From Lepidodermella squamata (taxonomy: Eukaryota; Animalia; Gastrotricha), in assembly GCA_047495785.1 (NCBI GenBank), contig JBLDXI010000007.1, forward strand, positions 3,410,001 through 3,474,000: a stretch of 64,000 bases of DNA, read 5' to 3'. The notes beneath the pieces are model-generated. The model had not been told where the DNA came from. It did not search any database and saw only the letters and a program-made list of their open reading frames with translations. How positions within the stretch are numbered: position 1 is the first letter of the stretch; every line of letters begins with the position of its first letter. A program made the position numbers and the translations under genes. Shown here piece after piece: positions 26,441-36,295 of the stretch.

Positions 26441-27640
26441 TCAAGCAAAAATCATGGAGAAAAAAATGATGTGAATGGCGATTGCAGTTAGTGTTAAGAT
26501 AGAAAATACAATGAGATCAATTAAGCGAACAATAGGAAATTGAAACGGTTTTTTCGCGTTTTTGTACCAAGGCAGATGGATTGTCACCATTCTGTGCTTT
26601 TTCCTCCGATCTCCCAGCCAATTGCACATTCCGATGCTTAACACAGAATAGAGCGTGCAGACACTCCCAACGACAATACAAGCGTTAATGTACAGAACAA
26701 GATAGATCGTCTCAGCTGTTTTCGGAATGTCCTGCTCGACCAATTGATGGATTACTGCGAAGGCTAGAAGAATCGTTGTTGAATACTCACAACGCTCTGG
26801 CATGTGTGGTTCCATGGCGAAGGGGCTCAATTGTAGGATGTTCAGTGAGATCGATGGCAGAAAAATTGCAAAGACGTACGGAGCAGCTTTTCGACTGATT
26901 ACGAACGTATAATGAGCCTCAGCCGAGCAAAATAGCTGGGGTGGGCTGCCCATTGGGTAGCAGGTTTTCGTTATCTCACCGTGGTACTTCTCCAGCCGCC
27001 ACACAGCCATTGGACTCGTGAAACCCTCCGGATTCTCGACATCGATCATAATATTAGCCGCGGTTATGTTTGTGTAGTAGGTCGTGTCCCACAGCTCGAA
27101 GGCGAACATGCAAGTTTGGGTGTCGAAAGGGAACCACTTTAGCTGCAACTTGCATGAAGTTGAATACAACCCAGTCGGCGACCATTCGATCCAACCATTA
27201 CGGAAAACATTCGTCGCCAACTGTTGTCCATTCTCAACAATGCTTTGAACCTTGTAAGGGCTGTTTCGGTGAATGATTGCTGGTTTCCAGAACAAAGATG
27301 TAGGGAGAGCGACATGTGTCAAATTTTCGAGTTGTTTCGCTACTTTTGGCGAGACGGTTTGAGCGATTTTAGCCAGGTCTTTCTCCCAGCCGACGCAGTC
27401 ATCCGTCCAGCAAATGTTGAGAGTTGCGAAGATTGACATGGTTTCTTCCTGTTCGTCGAATTCTACCATGTTGAATACATAGAAGAGCAGGTCTAGGTTG
27501 ATCTGATGGTCGTAGAAACCGAGGTCAGCGTGGCAAGTGTCGAAGAATCTTTGTCGTAGATAGTTTTCCGTTTCATAGCTCAATGGAGTAGCTGCGACTT
27601 TACAAGTCAGCAGAGTAACAGCAAATAGGGCAATAATCAT
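26441..27640 (-). CDS. Stand-alone intronless divergent Cys-loop (nAChR/5-HT3-like) channel subunit
   Basis: Signal peptide MIIALFAVTLLTCKVAA (ORF opens further upstream at 27694), FWKPAIIHRN loop A, CKLQLKWFPFDTQTC Cys-loop, 4 TM helices. Confidence 0.9.
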   Translation of the reverse strand: MIIALFAVTLLTCKVAATPLSYETENYLRQRFFDTCHADLGFYDHQINLDLLFYVFNMVEFDEQEETMSIFATLNICWTDDCVGWEKDLAKIAQTVSPKVAKQLENLTHVALPTSLFWKPAIIHRNSPYKVQSIVENGQQLATNVFRNGWIEWSPTGLYSTSCKLQLKWFPFDTQTCMFAFELWDTTYYTNITAANIMIDVENPEGFTSPMAVWRLEKYHGEITKTCYPMGSPPQLFCSAEAHYTFVISRKAAPYVFAIFLPSISLNILQLSPFAMEPHMPERCEYSTTILLAFAVIHQLVEQDIPKTAETIYLVLYINACIVVGSVCTLYSVLSIGMCNWLGDRRKKHRMVTIHLPWYKNAKKPFQFPIVRLIDLIVFSILTLTAIAIHIIFFSMIFA

Positions 27641-28130
27641 TATTTTTTTCTGCGGCTTGAAAATCGAAAATGGCAAATTGGATTTTTCGCGCATTTAATC
27701 TGTTTTATCAACTCGTATAAAATCACAAGGGAAAACTCGTCGGTGCAGCATCCCATTTAATTAAAACGGTTTATTTTCGGAATATAAGCCGAAACCACGG
27801 CTAATGCATTTAACTATAGATTACGAGCAACTTTAAATTATTCAGGTTTTAAAATTATTAAGTTGTCATGGCCTTGTTTGTAAACGTATATAATCAGCGA
27901 AAACGCGTTAGCGTTTCGATTTTGTCTCACATGAGTGGGATGTGGCCTGGTACACCTATATCCTATCATAAAAAACTGGCCAGTTTACGGCGTGAAACCA
28001 ATGGTAAATGTTAACAAATCAGAGCGAAATCAGAGGTATATAACGTTAGTCTGAACACTCCTCGTCATCATACTCATTATACATCTAAAATGTAAAAAAC
28101 GACAAGAAGCCAGAGGAAATTAATAGAAAC

Positions 28131-30046
28131 ATGGATAAAATACGAATTTCGCTTTACTTCGTGCTTATTCTTCCATCAATCCTATTGTCGATGGCACAAA
28201 AGCTGAACCTTACTACACCAATACCACGTTGGTTGATAGCAAGTAATCACTCAAACGAGAAGCAAACTCTGATTCTGGCAACGATTCTGAATTATGGTAT
28301 TCATCTTCTGGTTTCTTCACATAAATTGAAGATTCTGATGTTGTTAGGTGGATTTATTCTGCCTATTATTGGACCTGTATTATCGGCGACTAAAGCTGGA
28401 ATCTGGTTATAATTTAGCCATATATCTGCAGGATGATAAGGTAATATTCATACCCTACAAAAATCAGCTCCTACATGCCTAACACCGCAACACGGGCGGA
28501 GAATCGCGCTGATGAAATGATCTACAAAATCTGGTTGTCAACATTCGTTTTCAGTCAAGATACGCCTATCGATTCTAACCCAGAGAAGGCTGTTGATTCG
28601 CTAGAGAAACGAGGCAGTGATGTTGAGCAGATTTTAAAAGATCTCATCGATAATCCTCACCTCTCGAACCCCTGATTTTACTTCTACATGGTCGGTTACG
28701 AGAATACTCTGGCTTTAGCCTTAGTCCTCAGTGAAGTCGAAGAGGCACTTAATAAGAACAACGATACATGGCTGAACTGGCTCACTTGGATTGACAACTT
28801 CAAGAAAAATGGGTCGTATATTCACGACTTAGTTAAACAAGCGTTCAAAAATTTGAGCTACGATGGAATGATGGTTTCGAAAGATAATAGAATCAACGGT
28901 AGAACTGGCCTAACTGGAATATACCGGTACCAGCTGAAAGATGGCGTGGAGAAAGATAGTCTAAATTTTGCAGAAAGGTTGAAGATTTCGAATGTCGCAG
29001 TTTGTGATTTGTGAACCGAGTTCCTGTAGATCCGGGGCGAGTAAGATTTTGAGAAGAACTAAAGATGGCTTGCCACCCTACGATTCTTTAAGAACGATCT
29101 CTGTAGAGGAGCCTATTCTTCGTCCTAGTAGATCCTGGCCCATAATAGAAATCTCAATTTCAATGGCAATACTGTTGGTCATAGCTTTGATCTGGAATCT
29201 TGCCAGACGAAAAAACAAGTCAATCTGTAATTCGGTACCCATCGTTAATTGTTCAATATTTGTTGGAAGTTTATTGATGCTTTGTTCTGAATTTATAATT
29301 CCCATGGGTATTGATAGTCCCCAATCGGTATGGTTAGCAGATGTACTGCTGCTTCATTTTGTCTCGTCATCGGATTCTCGATCGTAAATGGAGCGATTCT
29401 CGGTAAACTTCTGATGGCATAGCACATCTTCAGCAAGCAAAAAGGTAAATCTTCAAAGCGTCCTAAGGACCTAAGTCCCTCAACGAACATTAGTCGCGAT
29501 ACTTCTAAAGCCAGCCTGCGAGTTCCGGCGGCGCCTAGTACGATAAATACTGTGGTCGAGCCTGTGAATTACAAAGTCCCCCTACTGGCGATGCTTGGCA
29601 TTTTAATTTTACAAACAGCTGTTTTCATCGCTTTGATGTCAGTCAACCCCATAGCTACTCAACGAATAGGCAGAGAAATCGATGCTTCAGACGTGAATCA
29701 CAGCATCATCTATCAGCATGTCACGAGCGCATGCCATCTCGATATTTCTAGCAGCGTTTCAATCTCTCTGGTTGCACTAATGTTGGTCGGACACGTGTTG
29801 ATTTTCCTGCGCTCGATGTCTCTGTCATTTTACATGAGGAAACACTCCTACTCAGCCATAAATGACTTGGACAAGTTCAGAATCGCGTCCTACACAATGC
29901 TGCTTGTTGTTGTAGCCGGTGGATTAGTTACGTGGACGCTGTTTGCCAGTGATCCTGGTTACATCGAAATGGCTGTATCCGTTATAACCATTTTGGTCAC
30001 CTTGAATGTTCTGATCTTATTTTGTTTACCGAAAGCAAAGTTGTGA
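28131..30046 (+). pseudogene. Degraded class C (GABA-B-like) GPCR pseudogene
   Basis: Fragmented frames with signal peptide, partial flytrap, GLPPYD, NCSIFVGSLL (TM2), and TM3 GFSIVNGAILGKLLMA*HIF with in-frame TAG at 29420-29422; TM4-7 in 29552-30046. Confidence 0.7.
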
Positions 30047-30295
30047 AAAAGACTTAGGATAGAAAGAAAAAAAAAGAACGTTAAGCTGAGACGATTCTGA
30101 AGTCATCTTTTAGGACGGGTGCGCAGTTTTATGGTTTACACGCCAAGCTACTTTTTTTAAATTATATTTTTCAGCAGTAAAACTAAAATGTTCACAATGA
30201 CCCTCCTTCACAAGCTCTTAATGTGGTTTATTTCGAGCCAGCTTAATTCACGTTTTAAATAATTAAGGTATCAAAGATTCAAAAATAATTAAGAC

Positions 30296-31154
30296 TCAAC
30301 AGCGTTCGCGGGATCCAAGATATTTTTGGAAGCAGGTATCAAAAGAGCCACCATAAACTGTTGAGCCTCCAGATCGATAAACAACTTTATCCACCGCGGC
30401 GAGCGCAGCGCAACAACTAGAAAACGTCGGAAATTCATAGATACCACCAGGGGCTGCAGGAGTCTGACGTGGAGAGAAAGCACACATCACATTAATTAGT
30501 ACTCGATATGAAGTGTGAAACCTACAGTTGATGTGGCCTTAACTCTTCCGGCCGCGTTGCATACATTCGGAAATCGCGTGCAGGTTCCTTTACAGCCTAT
30601 GTCTGAAAGTCCACAAACTTTGTAGGGCGTGTTATCGAGGGCTCGGACACAAATCAACGGCAGTACTGCGTAGGCCGGGGCGGCATCTTTGCTCACGAAG
30701 GTTTCATATCTGACGTTGGACGAAGTAGCAGCACAGTACTGGTCGAAATCGCTGTAAACTTTGCTCGGGAATGAGCCCTTAGGTCGAATTTGAATTAAAT
30801 ATCCTATAATTAATTCACAGGCAAGGTATTACCGCTCCTCCAGTAAGAGTGCTGCATGCCAGACCAGGATTGGAGAAGCAAAAGTTGATGAATGACGACG
30901 ATCCGATATTGCCCTTCAGAGTGCACATTTGGTAGGCGTTCTGTTGATAAAGTTGTAATGGTTGGTTGAATGTTAAAATTCAAACTCACGGCAGATGTGC
31001 AATATTGGTTACCAGAGCAAGCAACATCGGCACAGGTACTTCCGGCAGAGCACAGATCAGGGCAGGGTGCACTTATGGAAGTTGGCGGACAGCAATCCAC
31101 GGCAATAATGGCCGTTGATAACAGGAGAAATAGGAGTTCTACGTTTCTTGGCAT
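30296..31154 (-). CDS. Secreted cysteine-rich protein (about 4 exons)
   Basis: Signal peptide LLFLLLSTAIIAVD; Cys-rich exons joined by short GT-AG introns ending ...DTCFQKYLGSRERC*. Confidence 0.6.
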
Positions 31155-32483
31155 CTAAGAAAATCGGAGGAAAAATAATTATTCAATTCTAGACGCTTGA
31201 ACAAAATCAGCTTAATAGCGTCCAACGATATCAAATGATTGACAGTAAAGTTTGGTCACAATAATGACAAATGCATAAAGTTGTAGTTTTAATGTTATTT
31301 CTTGAGACTTGATATGTCTGTCATTATAGAGAATAATCAGCTCCGGTGGGGATCTCGTGTAAACAAAAGCTCTGTTATTTAACTGAATTTCAATTTCCCA
31401 GTCGCAGCCAGAGTGTACTAGCAATTTTATTATACAAGCGCGACAATTATGTGGGCTATGAGCTACAGGAAAATTGGCTACTAGTGAGAATACATGGCTT
31501 AGCATTTTGTCGTCTTCAACTTTGGGTGTAGACTGGAGACTAGAGGAATTATTTAATTACCTCAACAGGGCGCCACAGCCCACGGCTATAAACGGTGTGG
31601 ATGCTATTCGCTTCAGGCTATCAACTTCGGCCGACATCAACATCTAACGCGAGGGTTAATAAAATGCGTCGTGACACGAATGAAAACCTTTTGGTATGAA
31701 ATTTGAAGAAGCATAAGGGCATAATTACCTGTAATTTACTCCTCACAATTAGCAGTTTCAGTTTTTTTATAAGAAGCCATTTGCTGATGTGAATTTCCAG
31801 AATTGAATAACATTTTTGTCAGCGACAATCCCGAATCTTATAATAAACGGAGAAACGATTAATATCAGTCATCCGCTTCAGCTGATGTGTATTTCTTGAC
31901 GTTGGGTCTGAAAATGGTCCGAAATACGAAATACCTTGTTTTCGTGAATGACGTTTTGCCATCTGATGCCCATAGGACAAAACTGTCCTACAGGACACTT
32001 TCAATTTCTAATAATACACCTGTGTCCTATTATTGACTCACAAGACTACAATTTTCGCCTAGGTAAAAATGTTTCTTGTCCCGCGAGTTCTAACTGTAAT
32101 AGTAAGTACAAGTTGTTGATTGGAGCGAACTTGGAGCAATGTTTTCAGATTTTCTAGGATTTGTGCATTTCTTTGATTCTTGCGGTTTGTACTGTATACT
32201 AAGATCCAGCTGTGAACGCATCGTATAGCCATACAATTTAAAAGCGACACACTCTCATGTCCAAAAGTAATCATGTTATTCTACATATGTGTTATCTTCT
32301 TTTATTTCACACTCGAAGAAATCAGAAGTTTGGTAACCATAGATTAGTATATTCACAAACACCAGACACGCTCGAAATATTATTGCTATTTGAAAGATTC
32401 AAAAATCCTCTGAGGAATTCAAGATCATCAAAAGATCACAAAGGACAGTCGGTGGGTTACATTTCAGCTCGCGACTAATGCAT

Positions 32484-34862
32484 TTACTGCCTCGCATTCC
32501 TCAACAGCGGAAAGAAGAGGATCGAGCTTGAACTCATCGACTTTAGGATAATGCACACGGCTAGAGCAATACTTCGCGTGTAAATTTGATCCGCGGGTAG
32601 AATGAAAAAGATCGCAAGCGAACCGATGAAAATCATTGCAGAATTTACCGCGACCAACCGAAGCAGACGGCTTTGCTTCTCTTGATCTGCTTTAATTCGA
32701 AAGTGTCGTAGCTCGAACGCGAAAAACAATGCGGAGAACAGAAATACTACCTGAATTGAAATCAGAGCCGCAATCCAGTAGTACTGATACTGCGATCGGC
32801 AGAAGAAAACTTCAGTTTTCACGTAAGAATCGATATCATCATCAAAGTATACTTCTGACGATATCGACTCCTGTATGAAGCCATCAAAAATGCCAAGCCA
32901 AAGTAAAAGGATGATTGCTGAAATGAAGACAACCGACAACTGTCCGCCTTTCACTGTTAATTTATCAAAACGAGCTGGATTGTGAGAAATTTCACTTGGG
33001 TTCTTGGATTTAGCTTTGGTTAGTCGCCGATGAATTCTTATGCGAGCTGGTATGGGTCGGCCAATGACTGTAGAATTACTCGTTTCAGAGAAGTTCTGGG
33101 CGCGATCAGAATTAACAGTAGTTGTGGGTGTCTTGGCCTGCAATCGGTACAACGCTACGTGAGTGAAAAGTCTTAGACAGATGTTGCTGTGACATATTGT
33201 CAGTCCTATAACCAGAGCTGAAGCAGCAAGAGAACAGTAGGCAGCTGAGCCCTGATAGAAGGAACTCAAAATCACGAAAAGTGCGGAGATATTCTCGCAG
33301 AGACTCCCGACGAGGTACATGAAGTTATGAAACTTATCAACAGCTGCTGCCCTGAAGATTATGCCTCCTGCTGAACATTGGCCGATGAATGACAGAACGA
33401 CAACACTCGATATTGCAGCAAACGTACCGGTCGATATGCTTGGCCGTATTACAAGGGTTTGCGATAGATCCTGGGGCGGTTGTCCACTTCTTGTCTGCCA
33501 GAAATTGTTTGCAACCATGCCATTTTGAACCCAGTAGTAGTTTGATACATTTTGCCTAACCATTGGTATAGATCCGTCGATGGTAAGCATTTGCTTATAA
33601 ATGAAAACAGAACTGCCAAATCGCTGCCCAAAGAGCATGATCTCATCATCCAACTCGAATCTAGCCGAGTATTTGAGCCTGGGAATCCTCAGCCCACTTA
33701 CGTCGATCGTTGCTAAACTTGAGTTGATAATGCTGTCAACAAGCTGAGGCTTAGTGGCAAAGTCCCTCAGACTCGAATTAAACTGTTCCTTCAAGATTGT
33801 TTGAGACTTGTTCAGGGTAGCTATGGTAGCCCACATTCCGTCATAGCAGCCCAAACGATTCTCCCAATCGGGGGTTTTAGTATAATTGAATGCCGAAGCC
33901 ATTTTCGATTCAAAACTAGCTGAGCTGAATCCGATCTCATTAACGGGAGCGTTGAAACTTGGATTGTTGAAATTACCGATGTAATACATGATTTTTGCTT
34001 GCTTTTCTAAGATATCTCTCGGGCACGTTGGGTAAGTGATGTCCGTCGCGAAGCTACAGTAGAAATTCGCGAAAAAGGCGTAGTAAGGAGCTGTCATTCC
34101 AGCGCGGAATGCCAAGCAAAGTACCAAAACGCAGTTGTTGCTTACCGATGAATTGATGAAGAAAATCCTGGCTTTGCTTTGCTTAGCTCGAAGCATCATG
34201 TCCAAGTTAATCTCAGGCTGAGCATCGAAATGCACGATATCGACCTTATTCTCGCTCAATTTCGCCATGAACGCTTGAGCGACAATCACGTCATTCGCAT
34301 TAGTTAGAGCCTGGATAATCCCAACCTGGCGCCACCTCCCGATTTGAGTTACGAACAGAGTTAGAGCAACGTTAGTGCTTTCGCTAGTTGCTCTAACTCG
34401 GTACAAGTTCGAGTAGAACTTCCTGTTCGATACCAAAGCCGTATTTGCGCACCCTGTTGAGATGTGCGTCATTTTCTGAGCTTTAGTAACCGGAACGAAC
34501 GATCCGCATGAATAGGCTGGGCCATACACCACAGGCGACATGAAATAGTCCGACCTTTTAGCGGCTTTTTCTTCGAAGTCACGCGTGAACTTGATGTAGT
34601 TTCTTGAGGATAGCGTGCCAGCTCGGCCCTCGTCGAATTCCGCGATTTCGATGTTGTACTCTGGCAGTATGTCCGTTCGAGAGTTGACTTCATTGACGGC
34701 GAGTCGAACAGCGTGTTGGCAAGCATCCGCTTTGACAGGCTCATTGCCTGTGATTGGCATGTACGTTAGAACCGATAAGGTGTACGGTTTCTGTGAGCTC
34801 ACTAACGTTGGGCTCGTCGTCAATAGAAAAGTCATGAATATCATGCTTTCGGCAAATTTCAT
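32484..34862 (-). CDS. Intronless class C GPCR, GABA-B receptor-like (792 aa)
   Basis: Signal peptide, CQHAVRLAVNEVNSRTDILPEYNI flytrap motif, SNRKFYSNLYR, WQTRSGQPPQD, 7 TM, no cysteine-rich domain. Confidence 0.9.
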   Translation of the reverse strand: MKFAESMIFMTFLLTTSPTLVSSQKPYTLSVLTYMPITGNEPVKADACQHAVRLAVNEVNSRTDILPEYNIEIAEFDEGRAGTLSSRNYIKFTRDFEEKAAKRSDYFMSPVVYGPAYSCGSFVPVTKAQKMTHISTGCANTALVSNRKFYSNLYRVRATSESTNVALTLFVTQIGRWRQVGIIQALTNANDVIVAQAFMAKLSENKVDIVHFDAQPEINLDMMLRAKQSKARIFFINSSVSNNCVLVLCLAFRAGMTAPYYAFFANFYCSFATDITYPTCPRDILEKQAKIMYYIGNFNNPSFNAPVNEIGFSSASFESKMASAFNYTKTPDWENRLGCYDGMWATIATLNKSQTILKEQFNSSLRDFATKPQLVDSIINSSLATIDVSGLRIPRLKYSARFELDDEIMLFGQRFGSSVFIYKQMLTIDGSIPMVRQNVSNYYWVQNGMVANNFWQTRSGQPPQDLSQTLVIRPSISTGTFAAISSVVVLSFIGQCSAGGIIFRAAAVDKFHNFMYLVGSLCENISALFVILSSFYQGSAAYCSLAASALVIGLTICHSNICLRLFTHVALYRLQAKTPTTTVNSDRAQNFSETSNSTVIGRPIPARIRIHRRLTKAKSKNPSEISHNPARFDKLTVKGGQLSVVFISAIILLLWLGIFDGFIQESISSEVYFDDDIDSYVKTEVFFCRSQYQYYWIAALISIQVVFLFSALFFAFELRHFRIKADQEKQSRLLRLVAVNSAMIFIGSLAIFFILPADQIYTRSIALAVCIILKSMSSSSILFFPLLRNARQ

Positions 34863-35418
34863 ATTAAGTGGTTATATCTAATTAGGAAATTTCAAAATTG
34901 TTCATTGATATGGAACATCAACTAATCAACTAAGGACCCAAGGACACAGCTATCAGGAAAAGGGCGTTAAGAGGAGCAGTTTATTATTAATTTTTTATAG
35001 CTGAAAATTTGAACGTCGATGCCTCTCTGTTTTGATCATGTGAGCCCTGAAATGTTTCACAAGAAAGAAAATTCTCGTTGTCCACCCGAGCGCAGCTCGA
35101 ATTCCTTTTATACTGCCTGTTCTAAAAAATGTTGCTCACGTACTAACTCAGCGGTGAATTATCAAGAAAGAGCGTGGACAAAAGCATTCGGAAGTGTTTT
35201 GCCGGATGCACGCGACGCGTTTAATGGCATAGACGTCGATCAGTTATAGGACACTTCTGTCATTGAGATGCGTGATAACTTCAACGTCCAGGGCAAGGAC
35301 TTCTTTGGGGAAATTCAAAGTTCACAAAAATAATTACGTTCAAAATGCATTCCGTCCCCGCTCAATTTATTTATTCGAGGAAAATATTTAGGGCATGATG
35401 GATTACAGAAAGTAAACT

Positions 35419-35871
35419 TCAATAATCATCCTCCAATGTCGTTGTCCTAACTGTTCGGCGCCTAATAGGAATGCGACTGCTCGGTACCAAAACATCTCTT
35501 GACACGGTCTTCATCGTTGTTGTGGAGCTTTGAGGTTTGGATCCCGGTGTCCAGCATATACATACCATGTATCCGTAGACAGGGGCGTCTATGCCGTATG
35601 TTGTTATGTCAAAGCAGTCTTTCGGGGTCGATGTATCCCAAGGTCCAAGGCCGCCGTTGACATCACCAGCTCTACCGGCAATAGTAATTAATCGACAATC
35701 TTTATCTCCGGAGTTACAAAATCCTCGAACAGCCGATGTATCAATGCAGGCAGGCATTGATCCTTTGAAATGTTTTCGGCATCTCGCGGAGCAGCCCTCA
35801 ATTTCTCCCTGACTGTTCACAAGTGCATGGAATGAGAGAAGTGTTAGTAAAATTTGACTTTTAACAGGCAT
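35419..35871 (-). CDS. Small secreted cysteine-rich protein, unknown function
   Basis: Signal peptide, 8 Cys in a ~80-aa core, S/T-rich basic tail. Confidence 0.6.
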   Translation of the reverse strand: MPVKSQILLTLLSFHALVNSQGEIEGCSARCRKHFKGSMPACIDTSAVRGFCNSGDKDCRLITIAGRAGDVNGGLGPWDTSTPKDCFDITTYGIDAPVYGYMVCICWTPGSKPQSSTTTMKTVSRDVLVPSSRIPIRRRTVRTTTLEDDY

Positions 35872-36295
35872 TATAGTAATTTCTGTACTGTGTAATGTTT
35901 TTTTTTACGAGGAACTCCGGCCTTTTCTTGCAGCTAATCCTCGCTTCAACAGGCTCACACGAATTTCATAAAATCCGCCCCTTAAGATCGCGATATATAG
36001 GAAATTTCACTAAGAATATGTCGTGAGCTTTTTGCTTCCTTTTAACTAGTTCAAATGCCATTATTTAGTGGGTAATCAGACAATTTATAATTGGCATAGC
36101 GGGAATCAGGGATGTGCTCAAGATAACTGTTATGACGAGCTCACGCCCAAAGTCATGTTGCACGCTCTTAAGAACGACATCACGAAAGTCCTGCTTATCT
36201 TATCTCAAGTGTGAAAATGTACACGCCAAGTTGTTGTGACCTGAGGATCTGAATAAAAGCAGTTCATACAACCATTTCACAGCATTCCACTTTTC

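Noticed and set aside
26441-34862. Assigning gene symbols (CHRNA, HTR3, GABBR) or a host species
   Set aside because: Sequences are too divergent for orthology by eye; the taxon cannot be established without a search
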